Below are positions 13,524 to 25,234 of a stretch of DNA of 64,000 nt, in pieces. Position 1 is the stretch's first letter, and each line of letters begins with the position of its first letter. The notes below the pieces were generated by a model. That model saw nothing but the letters and a program-made list of their open reading frames with translations, searched no databases and was not told where the DNA came from. The translations under genes and the position numbers were made by a program. This stretch comes from Basidiobolus meristosporus CBS 931.73 (taxonomy: Eukaryota > Fungi > Basidiobolomycota), in contig MCFE01000004.1 in the NCBI GenBank assembly GCA_002104905.1, positions 186,001 to 250,000 of the forward strand, in the 5' to 3' direction.

Positions 13524-14522
13524 TTAGTAACGTGAAGCCGACACGATATATCCTTTGCTGGCGATAATTCCGCGGCTGCGAATCACTGAGGTGTACTTGA
13601 GTACCCATCTAGGAATTAGCTCTGCCTGCTCAACAGAGGAAACTAAGCCATGCTTTGTCAACAACGCGTTGAAGATTTCGGCTGGTAAAATGTTTGACGA
13701 GTCCTGATGGGTGAGCAATTTGATGCTATTAGCTTTGGCATAGGCAGCCATATCTACAGGTATATCGAAGCATGGAAGTACGTCGATATGATTGATTTGA
13801 GGAACAACTTGGACTCTTTTCGACAAACGATCAAGCTTTTCAATCGAAAATTCACTGACGCCTAGCTGCTTAATGGCGCCCTCGGCGTGGAAATGTTCAA
13901 TTTCATTCCAAGCAGGAATAACATCATTGATGTCTTCTTCTGAATCCTCCTGGAACTTATATCCGGGGAAGGCCAGTACGAAATCTTGGATATGGTTGAC
14001 GCCTAAATGGCGCTTGATATTTTCAAGTGATTCGGTCACGTAGGAGGCTGGGAAGTGAGAAGTACTGGTGCTATCTGGCAAATAGAACAGTTTGACTGTA
14101 GATACATCGATTTAGCGATCATTGTTTAGCACGTCAGCGATAGCTTCCTCTACCTGAAACATCCAAGTCTTCCAAGTCCTCTTGGTCAAACTGGTCCTTA
14201 TGACGAGTGTCTGGTATTTCCAGATAATCGTTCTCGGGGACATAAAAGCACGACCCTTGTTTTTGAAGAAAAGCTTGCAGAGCATCGTCAAGTGAGGATA
14301 TCAGCTAGAGAGGCTTGGTTAAGGAGTATACGGATACAGTCGAAATATACAAAGACTTACCTCTTCTTGGGACTTGCGTAGCGCGCTATTGCGGATCCCA
14401 GAAGCACCGGCTTTCATAAGATTCCCGGAATACACTAGACATTTTTTGATATGGCAAGCAGGGACTGCCTTGGTCCGGGCAGTACGGGTATTGGCGTGGC
14501 TGAGAGAGGCCGTAGTCAACAT
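13524..14522 (-). CDS. GCLM: Glutamate-cysteine ligase modifier (regulatory) subunit, aldo-keto-reductase fold, 3 exons
   Basis: Exon 1 LVYSGNLM...RKSQEE, exon 2 LISSLDDALQ, exon 3 VKLFYL...GAIKQLGVSEFSIEKL...PQINHI...IKLLTHQD...PRWVLKYTSVIRSRGIIASKGY, typical of GCLM/Gcs2. Confidence 0.85.
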
Positions 14523-15522
14523 TATATCAAAACAATATATATAGCCCAGTGGGTGTGCTAGAGGTAGACAAGTAGGAAAGAAAGACTTGCTTGTGATTTC
14601 GGAAATTTAGCCGATACGTTTAAATAGACTGTGATTAGTAAGTCATTTTGTGGTATCGTATGAAGTTGAAACTCATTGTAAGTATATGAATAGAATGGAG
14701 AATCTTACTTGTAGAGCCGAAAAAAAGGTCTGTAATGTTTCATGGATAAGGATTGGATTAGTAATGATCGATTGACACTAATGCAACCTCGGGGTGCTAC
14801 AGGAGAAAACCCATTGATTGGACAGCTCCACATTGGACTACGCCTTTATTGTGCTTTTGAATAAATCAAGAAAACCACTGATGAGATTAAATGAAGTCCA
14901 TAATTGGGTGAGCCAATCGATGGCAAGTCCATGCCAAGCGCCATAAGCTTCCCAGAGCTTTAAGCAAGAATTAGCCAGCGCTATGCACCGAAGAAAATGG
15001 CTTTGTGTGGATTTTCCTGGAGGGCGACAATTAAATTGGCTATATTTCAGAAGTCCACTGGCTCCCAAAGTTGGGGAACAGTTAAAGTATAATGAACTTG
15101 AAGTATTCGTTTAACATCAGATATGGTTGAGATATTCAATACTCACATGAAGCTGATGGCAAAGGGCTATCTCACGCCTACACATTCAGCAGCTCATCAT
15201 TAGCCAGTCTTGAAACTGAACTTGATTGTATGATAGGATACTTTCGCACCAACGTTCGCACCGACGCAAATCATCCACACTGGCGGGGAAACTTGCAATA
15301 ATTACTCATCATATTTAATCAACTTTTCCCGAATGTTGATTACTTTCGACGACATTAAGTGGCAGTGAGCTTGTGCGTTTAGGAGTTTAATTTATGCACT
15401 GGTTCAATGCGGATTTAGTCGGGATGTTTGGTATCAAGACGACACGTAACACGTACGGCAAGTCATATCGCATGCGACGCGTCCGATTCGCATAAACATC
15501 GGACCGACCAATCATCACTGAG

Positions 15523-15533
15523 TGAAAAATTTT
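15523..15533 (+). promoter_or_regulatory. RRPE-like motif TGAAAAATTTT in the GCLM/BDF1 divergent intergenic region
   Basis: Exact match to the yeast RRPE consensus; function in this species is unproven. Confidence 0.3.
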
Positions 15534-16248
15534 ACTCCGCTGAAATGGCTGAATATTCGGGGAATCTAGTGAAATCATCGGCCCAATAATGTGTGGGTTT
15601 ATCGCGGAATTTCGCAGAATTTATTAGCAATTAGTTCATGCATGGAGTATTATCTGATAACTACTCCGATGGCTGATGAAAATTTCTCAACCCCTTGAAA
15701 AAAACCCCAAAATGTTCATATTCCTCAAATCACTTCAGGGATGATGAGTAACCGGTCCTGACTGATTGGCTTTTTCATGGGGCGTGTCACGAGATTTTTT
15801 CCACTTTTATCCAACCACATATACTAACTTCGATGTTTCTGGATCTTCAGATTCAACTTAGGATTCGCTACGAATCCTTCCCGTTTCAACAAAACAATTT
15901 TTTTAACTTATTTCCTTCTTTCCTTCTACCCACTTACTACCACCTTTACTCTCTTCTCCCACTTTTTTTATATCTCACCGTTTCACTATCCTTCATTTTA
16001 CATTTTCTTCAGTCTCGTCACACAATTAAGGGTCCCATTCGCCATTCCTTAGTTTTTCGTTAGCCTGTCACTATTTTTTTTGGAGATCTGCTGATCAAAC
16101 TTAGAGTAAATTTGGTTAGTAGAACTTTTCACCATAGAGCAGTCGTTGCCTGCTTTACCTTATGATTCTTTTTTACCCAACTCTAACCAAAAGTTCTGTT
16201 TGTTGTTTCGCCATATAGCCACCGCTTATTAGATCGCTTTAACTATCA

Positions 16249-19188
16249 ATGATCAGCATGGCTAATGGCATTGAGTTGAAAGCATATCCCGAAGAAATGT
16301 CTTTGGAGCCTGGGTACTATCATTTGTTCTTGATGCCTCCTTTATTTCTGCTAATCCTACCCAAATTTACAGATCAGAGATGAAAACCTTTACCGAATTT
16401 CCACAAACGAAAAATACTGTCGAATTGAATGTTGGTAGATCCTCGCCCATCACGCCTACCGATGTTGTATCCGAAGTATCACACACAAACGAGAACACTT
16501 CAGATAATTGCACTACTGAAGCCGACCAACCCGCACCGGTTGTAGAATCGGAGATCGCGGATGAGCCCATTGATTTTGTGGAGGTCAATGCGGATGAGCT
16601 GCCTGATCCTCTTGTCAATGATCATGCGCACGAAGACACACAGATGATTGACGCAGAACAACTGCCCACGACTACTACCGACAATAGCCTACCAGCTGAG
16701 GCCGAAAATCCCGACACCGCAGCTGAGCCTGAGGAAACACTAGCAGTGTCCACTGAAAAGGACTTGGAGAATAAGCCTTCAGCTGATGTTGCTACTGAGG
16801 AAACTCCCGCGCCTCCCTCCGAAATGGACTTCGAAAGTAAACCCTCAACCGAAGTCATTTCTGAAGAAGCCTCAGCGTTTCCTATCGACACGGACCTGGA
16901 AAATAAGTCCTCAACCGACGATATCCCCAAAGAAACTCCAGCCTGTCCCACCGAAGTGGACTTCGATAGTAAACCCTCAACCGAAGTTATTCCTGAGGAA
17001 GTCTCAGCGCCACCCACCGAGATGGACTTGGAAAGTAAGCCCTTGCCTGACGTTGTCGCCGAGGAAATTCCAGCGTTTTCTACCGAAACAAATGTGGAAA
17101 ATAAGCCCTCAACTGATGTTATTCACGACGAAAGCACCCTCGAAGCGCACAACTCGACCGAGCCTGCTTCCAATGTCGAGTCATCTTTAGCCGAAATGGA
17201 TATCGAGGCTGCTCCAGCCGCTACCAACGGTCACGAAAAAGCACCAGTAACCGAAGTTGTGGATATTGCACCAAAGGAGGAGAAGATTGCTACTACCTCG
17301 GCAGTTGATGAGGGGCGTCCTAGTAAAAGGCCCAACTACGATGAGCCTGCTGTGAAAAGATCTCACAAAATGTCACGACTGAGTGAAATCGAGCATGCTA
17401 AGGTATCCATAGTTGTGATGATTCCCTCGTACAAGCCGTTCTAACATGAATTTTACGTTACAGGCATTAGTCGGTACATTTGCATCTACGGCAGTCAGCC
17501 CACCTCGTCGGCCCAACATCACACGAGAACAGCTGAAATACTGTAGCGCCATACTCAAAGCGCTAAAAAGACATCGCGATGCTGGACCATTCCTGAAGCC
17601 AGTAGACCATGTCAAAATGCAGATCCCAGATTACCCTAAAATCGTTAAAACTCCCATGGATTTCAGTACCATTGAGAAAAAACTTAATAATAACCAATAC
17701 ATTACAGTTGATGATTTTGTTGCTGACGTTCGCCAAGTTTTCGAGAACTGTTATTTGTATAATGGTCGGGAATCTATTGTTTCTACTTTTGCACAAAACC
17801 TTGAAAAAGTTTTTAATAATCAACTACGGAAAATGCCACAAGCTACACCAAAGATTGTAGAGAGTACTAAAGATGAAAGTTTCAATGAAAGTAGGCCACG
17901 GTCTCGTCCTAGAAGTAACTCTAGAAGAAGTTCAACTGGATCTAAGGATAGACGGGAAAGCCAGTCTTCGATCACTTCGACGAAACGGGGAAGCTTGAAG
18001 AATCCACTGCCTGACGTCCATTACAAGTTTTGCATGTCTGTAATCAAGGAGTTCTTCAAGAAAACGCACTCTCACTACGCCTATCCGTTCTTGGAGCCGG
18101 TGGACTGGAAAAGCCTGGACATTCCCGATTATCTGACCATTATCAAGCACCCCATGGATGCCTCTACCATCAAAAGGAACCTGGAGAGCGGACTTTATTC
18201 CACACCCGAGGAGTTCGAAGCGGATGTGCGCCTGATGTTCAGAAACTGTTACAAGTACAATCCACCGAAGACCCCCGTATACACCATGGGCCAGACGTTG
18301 GAGAATATCTTCAACGCGAAGTGGGCGCAGAAGCCTTCTCTCCCTCCGCCAAAGGAGCCTACTCCTGAGCCAGAGCCTGAAGAGTTTTCCGAACAGGAGG
18401 AGTCGTCCGATGAGGAGGATGACAAGCACGCGCAGCAGATTGCCGAGCTTGAGCGCCATCTGGAGTTTATGTCCAAGCAGCTCGCCTCCATGAAGGGCGC
18501 GGCTCGTGAGAAGAAGAAGAAGGAGAAGGTGAAGACTCCGGTTAAGGCGAAGACCCAGGCATCCAAAGCGCCCAAGGGAACCAAGGCATCCAAATCCGCC
18601 AAAACCAAATCCACCCCGAAGCCCAGATCCCGCAAGGCTTCAGCACCCGAATACAGCACCGACGACGAGAAATATCCCGAGATAACCTTCGAACAGAAGC
18701 GTGAGCTGAGCGACAGCATCAATCTTCTCCCAGGCGAGAAGCTGAACACGGTCGTGTCCATCATTCATAGTAGTATGCCGCATCTGAAGGACACCTCGGG
18801 ACAGGAGGAGATCGAGTTGGATATCGATTCTCTCGACCACCGCACCCTGTACAAGTTGTACAAGTTCGTCCGCACCAATGTAGCTCCGAAGCGCGCCAAG
18901 CCTGCGCGCAAGAATTCCCGACCACACTTCTCCGAGGAGGAGCAAACACGCAAGATCCATGAGTTGGAGGAAAATCTCAGGAAATTTGAGTCGGCCGAGT
19001 CACACTCTTCTGGTAAGCATTTAATCGATTTCAACTAGAGAGGTTTGCAAGAATATATGCTAAGCAGTGATTTCATTTACGTAGTCAAAGCAGACAGGGT
19101 GGAAGATGACAACTCTGGGTCCTCCAGCAGCAGCAGCGGATCCTCCTCGTCGGGTTCGGATTCGGATAGCGGCAGCGAGAGTAACTGA
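16249..19188 (+). CDS. BDF1: BET-family double-bromodomain protein with ET domain (Bdf1-like), 4 exons
   Basis: BD1 AGPFLKPVD...PDYPKIVKTPMDFSTIEKKL...NCYLYN; BD2 AYPFLEPVDW...PDYLTIIKHPMDASTIK...NCYKYNP; ET domain ITFEQKRELSDSINLLPGEKL...EIELDIDSLD; Ser-rich tail ending TGA at 19188. Introns at about 16314-16372, 17403-17463 and near 19012-19085. Confidence 0.93.
16761..17130 (+). repeat. 66-bp (22-aa) coding tandem repeat, about 5.6 copies, in the BDF1 N-terminus
   Basis: DLENKPSADVATEETPAPPSEM / DFESKPSTEVISEEASAFPIDT / DLENKSSTDDIPKETPACPTEV / DFDSKPSTEVIPEEVSAPPTEM / DLESKPLPDVVAEEIPAFSTET / NVENKPSTDVIHDE; the first two units start at 16761 and 16827. Confidence 0.9.
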
Positions 19189-20287
19189 TACTCGGAACGT
19201 ATTGTGATTGCTGACCCCGACCCTGCACACATTTTCTTCCAATCGACTTGTCTCTTTATCTGTACCAAACGTCTTTATTCACTCTGTGCTCTACCTGATC
19301 CACGCCTTCCATATGTTTTTGTCCTTATATAGCCTACTCTCGGTTCGTTTGTTTGTGTTGTTTATCTGAATGCGTTTGGTTAATGTAAATGTGTAATCGT
19401 AGTACTATTTCTTTCTGCCATCTTTTATTTTGTTTTTGTCTTGAACATTTCTCTAACACCAACACCCAACCTGCTTCAAAAAAGATATATGGAAACTCTA
19501 GAAACGAATCAAACCACACGACCATCCGAATATTTCTCGAAATAAAATTGTATCAAATGGTTAGCTGGCTCGTTCCGTGTGTCTGGCAGTGGCTGGTGTG
19601 GATTCCATGCCCGGCGAATGGCCCTGGTGAATATTGGATAAAAATACAAGTCCGAATTCGTAGGGTATTTAGGGTTGGAATCTCCCAATGGCCGAGACTC
19701 ATCAGCTTCGGTGGAGACACGCTTCACTAAATGGTCGGTACGCAGTTCGAACGATCTACTCCCAGCTCCGTCGAAGGAATGTTCTCCTGCTTGTGACCAA
19801 TGCGTTGGTAGTCTAGTTTCCTTGTGTCAATTGGCTTAGATTTAGAATCGATATCACAGGTCACCGAATTCCCTTGGGAGTGGGGATTCCACACATCGCC
19901 AAACCTCGTAATCCCGCGATATCTCTACCAGCCGAGTGACGAGTTTGCATACGGAAACAAATGGAATATCTGGGGTAGAGTTGACGTTGACTTCAAGTGT
20001 CCATCGCATGCAATCAGCTGGATTGTTGATTTGATTCGTACCAAGAACCGAGTGAAGCGGATTCCACTTATCGTGCTCTTTCGCTAACATTCATATCGTG
20101 TATATATGCTGGCCAAAGGATTTCAACAAATGATCGAGCCACCGATGGATAAATACTGGAGGTTCTGGCACCAAGTTTACTTTAAGATCTATTTATTTGA
20201 ATGATTCGGGTTAGTGTATACATCGCATATATAAACAATTTCATAGCAATGGGGGTGGGATTAAAGTGCTAAGTAACTATAGGTTCT

Positions 20288-21527
20288 CTACAAGAAAAGG
20301 CAAGCGGCCAATACAACAACTAAGGCGTATCCACCGCGAACGATGGTGGCTCCGTTCTTGTGATCCTTATCCTTGTCATCGGACTTTCCGTGGTCCTTTT
20401 CGCCGTTGGTGGCGCCGTTACCACCGTCCATGGTGGGCTTGGCGACCTTGGCTTTGCAGGTAAAGTTGTGGCTGGCTGTGATGTGTTCGAGCTTTCCACT
20501 GGCTTGGGCACAATCGAATTCATCGCTGGATTGGATATTTGTGATACCCTTGATGTTTTTCAACTCGGGAAGAGTAAGGTTGGTAAGGGCACCGACGATC
20601 TGAAGAGAACCGCCAATGGTGGTGAGCTTGTCGAATCCTTCAACGATGTGCAAAGCAGAGTTGTTGGCAATCAACAAAGCACCACCGATGCTCTCGAGAG
20701 CTGGGAAAGTAACATTGCTCAATTTGCTGTTTCCAATGATGCTCAAAGCGTCAGCAACCTTGGTGACATTGCCAAGGTCCAACTTCTCGAAGAAGTTGTA
20801 GGAGAAGTCGAGGACTTCATTGACATTGGTGAGGCTGGCCAGGTTCAATGAGGTGACGTTGTTCACGCTGAAGCTCCCGGTACTCACGAGCTTGGGGGCA
20901 GAGAATTCGAAATCGAAGTTGTTGTTGGTGATGGCGAGCTTATCGGTGATGGTGGTAAGGTTGGCCAAGTGGATATCCTTCAAATGTCCGTTGGCGGTGA
21001 CTACGAACTTGTCCATCTCCTTGACCTTCTCGAGTCCTCGCAAAGAGTAAATACCGTTGCTGTTGACATCCAACTCCTCCACCTTCTCCAAGCCAGTAGT
21101 GAAGTCAAGGCTTTGGAGTTTGGGGTTGATGTTGACGAGAATATCTTCGGCGGTTGCAAGCGAAGCAACATTGAGGTGGTTAAGCAGCCTGTTGCTATGG
21201 ATGTTCAAGGTTCCAACCGACTTGAGGTTAGGAAGGAGGATGGACACCAACTCGGTGTTGTTCGAGATAATCAAGTCATCAGTGACCTTCTCCAGACGTG
21301 ATAGGTCGACAGTGTTGATTTGGGTGTTAGAAATGGTCAGAGTGGAGTAGCAAGAAGAGATGGTGTTAAGATCGGCCTGAGACTTGACATGGAATTCGTC
21401 TTGACAAACAGTTTGGGCTACAGAAGTGAACGAGTGAGTGAGCGTCCAGAGAGGATTAAAATGGCGATGGGAACATACCACTGCCAACCATGGCCAAAGA
21501 CAACACAGCGAGGATCTTGTACATCAT
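20288..21527 (-). CDS. ECM33: Ecm33/Sps2-family GPI-anchored cell-wall protein (receptor-L-like repeats), 2 exons
   Basis: Signal peptide MMYKILAVLSLAMVGSA, one intron, L-domain repeats (LKSVGTLNI, LESIGGALLIANN, LTTIGGSLQIVG, LPELKNIKG), Cys pattern and hydrophobic C-terminal GPI signal (NGATIVRGGYALVVVLAACLFL). Confidence 0.85.
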
Positions 21528-22738
21528 TTTGATAGTTCTCGATTGATGGATATCAAGTACTGGCACAGAGGTGGATATAAATACTTTGGACTCCAGTCGG
21601 TTTGACCAATTCCAAACCAAGTAGCCAATTTCCAACATTCCTGGGAACCAATGGCTAACCTTTGATACATGGAATCTACCCGTCCAGAAATGGCACCTTG
21701 CCATCAGATGTACACATTATGTCCAGTCAACGCACAAAATTTTTTGATTTGAACAAGCCTTTCGAAGCAAACCCCAGGGAAGGAACATCAATCCACAATA
21801 TAATTCTTTACTTTGTTTACGATTCCTTGAGCTTGCTTGGCTCGCCTATCGTTCTGTTGTATCCATAAGAATCGATTGGGAACATGCATCCCGTTTTGGC
21901 CAGATAAGCCTCTGACCGCAACAGCGTGGAATTCTGAAAAGATGGGTCGAGATTGGTACTCCACACTGGCGTCGAGCTGATTGGGTCTTGAATATCTAGC
22001 TAGCTAATCCTGGTGACTGCCAAAAACATCCCTTTGGTTTGGGTAAACACCACTCGCGATTGATGGAAGATAAACAGAGTCCTTGAGGGATTTTTCCAAT
22101 TCCGGCTAAGCGGCGAGTTGAGCTCTAACGCGATATACGTTGGGCATGCACGAATTCACCCTGTGTCTGAAACCGCTTCTCTTGCGACGGATGAGCCAGA
22201 AATGTGACTTCCATACAAGCCACAACGAAGATAACTGGGAGATCGTCCATTCCCGAGTGGAATTTTCCATTCCTGAGAAGAATCGACTTCCAAAGTAAGA
22301 GAATTCTCCGGCTCCCTGCTAACCTATCGTTATGGATACTCACGCTCAAGAAGAAAAGCCATGCACAAGGGTTCACCCCCCCCCCCTCACAGTCCAGCGG
22401 TCTCTTTAGTCTGATATTGAGTTAAATTGTATCGACGAAATGCCAAGTAATAGTTGCTCTTTCAGAATCGGCATCCGAGATTAAACGGGATGTTCTCGCT
22501 CATATAGCCAAGAAATTGTGCTGGCGAATGAATGGACACCCATTGCCATATTTGCCTTTTCAAATCAGATGATTTCTTTAGGTGGTTTGATGAATCAATA
22601 AATGAATTTCCCTCGGACGATAAAGTCTTCATGGCAGCTTTCGTTTGGTAAGCGCTATATCATCGTGGGAAGATGGCTCACTTTCGGTAGGTGCTATGTT
22701 GTTCATGGAAAGAGGGAAACTCTATTGCCTAATCCAGG

Positions 22739-22835
22739 GAGTAGTGTTGATTTTCCTCAAATGACATGGGGTGATATTGCTAGCAGTGAGTGGTGTCGAT
22801 TTCCCTCAGATGACATGGGTGATATTGCAAGCAAT
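22739..22835. repeat. Imperfect 49-bp tandem duplication, intergenic
   Basis: gagtagtgttgattttcctcaaatgacatggggtgatattgctagca versus gagtggtgtcgatttccctcagatgacatgggtgatattgcaagca. Confidence 0.85.
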
Positions 22836-23308
22836 TTGGCTTGATGAATGTGTTTAAACCATCAACTTCTCGCCTCCATTAAACCTTATCTGCAGGGTTT
22901 ACCCACACCAGGTCCATTTGATGAAGCATGGATTTGTCCTTTGCTCGGCATAATTACGAACGACCTTTCCTTCGCTCGGGTGAAACGTTTTCTTTATTTG
23001 TTATAACAAATACAGAACCGAGTCCCTTCAGAGAGGGATGGGGTCCAAATGTGTCCGTGGATTCTCAAGAAATGAGCCATACGAAGCTGATTAAACTATT
23101 AATGCGATCCTAATATGTACATGGAAGCTTGCCGAATCCAATGTCCCCCTGAGCTCTGGTGGATGTGGCCATTAGAGAGAGCGTAAGAAGGCACCTTCCA
23201 GTCAACCATGATATGTCCGTGCTCATATACGTATAATAAAAACATGATAGTACAAAGTATAACCTGTAGCACAACCGAAAAGACTATGTACGTGTTGGTT
23301 ACCAAACT

Positions 23309-24040
23309 CTACAACGGTGGAGGGATAGCATTGTTAGGACCATACGAGCGCGAGTCCTCGGGTGGGTGATAGTGCAGATGGCGGTTAAGGTGCTCCATAC
23401 GATCAAACTTCATATTACACCCTGATACCTGACAAGGGTATATGGTGGTAGATCGAGACCATGGATTATACGAGTATGTGACAGATGTGAATGAAAGCTC
23501 CTCCAAGCTGGGAAGCGAGGGCACCGCATAATTATGGGATCCTGGATGCCCCAAGCTGCCATTAGGCGAGGGAAGTGGTTGGTGGGCTTGCTTATCCATA
23601 TTGAATATAGTTCGAATACTGGGGAGCGACGGGCTCGTGGGCTTCGGACTATATGGGGAATTTATATTCTGTGGTGTATTTGGTGTTTCGGAAACCGGCG
23701 AATCGGTCCTGGTGGTGAGGTTAGGAGGTGAGGTGGAATCCCGAACTCGAGTTTGCTTGTGACTTTTCCACTGCGATTCATTGGTGGTGCTGGGGCTTCT
23801 TTTACGCTTGCTCTGGGCGTTTGGCGAGGCAGCGCGAACCTGGGGAGGGGAGGATTGCATATGCGATATGCAAGTCTCGCAATAGTCAGAATCGCAACGC
23901 GAGAAAGTGTTCATGTGATGGTTGAGAACATGTCGCTTGACGAAGTCGTAGGTTTTGAATTTACAGCTGCAGTTTCCGAAAGGACACGAGTACCAGGTTT
24001 TGGGGAATTGATTCGTGTGGATTTTACCAATCACTTGCAT
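23309..24040 (-). CDS. C2H2 zinc-finger protein with two widely separated fingers
   Basis: CPFGNCSCKFKTYDFVKRHVLNHH near the N-terminus and CQVSGCNMKFDRMEHLNRHLHYH near the C-terminus, with a Ser/Pro-rich linker and basic KRKR motif. First ATG at 24040. Confidence 0.75.
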   Translation of the reverse strand: MQVIGKIHTNQFPKTWYSCPFGNCSCKFKTYDFVKRHVLNHHMNTFSRCDSDYCETCISHMQSSPPQVRAASPNAQSKRKRSPSTTNESQWKSHKQTRVRDSTSPPNLTTRTDSPVSETPNTPQNINSPYSPKPTSPSLPSIRTIFNMDKQAHQPLPSPNGSLGHPGSHNYAVPSLPSLEELSFTSVTYSYNPWSRSTTIYPCQVSGCNMKFDRMEHLNRHLHYHPPEDSRSYGPNNAIPPPL

Positions 24041-24688
24041 TTTCTCCAAAGACAATTCAGGTGCGGGGAAATATAGGGTTGAGTTGAGTTTCTGTGAGGC
24101 TGCAGGCGGAAATGGTTAGGAACAGGCTAGTGAGTTGGGAATATCCATGCTATAGCTATACCTGACGTGTATGTGGGGAGAGTTTAAAGACTTTGTATAT
24201 TTGATAGCTTGGCAGTGCTGAGGAAGAGTTTCAATAAATACTGCAATAAATAGGTTCGATTTTCTGGAGTAACTGGGCAATTCAGTGAATTTGGAGGAAG
24301 TAATATACTTATATACTTGACACGTACTTGACCCGGGGTTGAGACTCCCCCATGGCCGAGTGATTTTGTGACTAGATTGGACATGGCGAGTTGTCTTCGA
24401 GATTGAGCAGTAGCCCATCTGAGAAATTCCAAGACCTTGTGGTCAAATGATTTTTTGTGGTCTTGATTGGGCCGACCGCGATGTCGCAAAAATTGTATAG
24501 CCTGTATGTGCAGCGTCCCCAATCATATCCATTTCAACTTAAATTCGAACTGCGTTCAATTTAAGGCTAATTATAAATATATATCAGAACGTCTGTGAAA
24601 TGATCCACCCATTGGGAATTCATTGGGAAATCAAGATCACCGGTCTTCCATGCTTCATTTTTTATTCTAATGGCAGGTGGTTTCGGAG

Positions 24689-25234
24689 CTATCTCGACTT
24701 GGTGATGTGGTGCATATCACCCAGGCTAGCAAGTGGCAAAACCCTAATATAAATATGGTGAGCCAATGCTGATACCACTTCGGATTCCACACTCATTAAA
24801 CTCGATGGATTTGGAATCTGCTGAATGAGTATCCAGGAATGCACACGTGTTGGCCGCATGAGCACAGCCAAGGTCCCCATAGATACATATGTCTTACTGT
24901 TCAAGCATTCATACAACCCTTTCTGATTCGGAGTGCCCATGGTTGTATATTCAATGTCACAAGTGCTGTGTACTGGGGTTTTAGAAAATTCATGATGATC
25001 GGAGATTATTACCTCTTCCATGGAGCAGTCACTCAGAGCTGATTCAATATAGCCAGATTCAGGTAAATCAGCCGAGACATGATTGAAATTCAGAGTAGGT
25101 AATACGAGGAACTGAGACAGTGAGTGAATCAAATCCTCAGTGGGAATGGATAAACTCGGATGGCACGCGCCCCGTCCCTGATTGTTGAGTCTGGGAACAC
25201 ACGAAGTGCTCGATTCATTGATAGTATGGATCAC
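24689..25234 (-). CDS. Hypothetical 181-aa ORF (GTG start), no recognisable domain
   Basis: Only ORF length supports it; there is no motif and no ATG at the 5' end. Confidence 0.2.
   Translation of the reverse strand: MIHTINESSTSCVPRLNNQGRGACHPSLSIPTEDLIHSLSQFLVLPTLNFNHVSADLPESGYIESALSDCSMEEVIISDHHEFSKTPVHSTCDIEYTTMGTPNQKGLYECLNSKTYVSMGTLAVLMRPTRVHSWILIQQIPNPSSLMSVESEVVSALAHHIYIRVLPLASLGDMHHITKSR

Noticed and set aside
14860-14960. AFE*IKK peptide recalling the Ty3/gypsy RT-RNaseH connection
   Set aside because: Only a few residues match, with stops, and no adjacent RT, RNase H, integrase or LTR motifs.
17403-17463. BDF1 intron donor GTATCCAT resembling the U12 consensus RTATCCTT
   Set aside because: Mismatch at +7 and a U2-type CTAAC branch point; no TCCTTAAC.
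19725-19790. GTTCGAAC T-arm-like word suggesting a tRNA
   Set aside because: No cloverleaf, acceptor stem or A-box could be built.
20360-21301. Several 60-163 aa plus-strand ORFs
   Set aside because: Antisense to ECM33; no independent signals.
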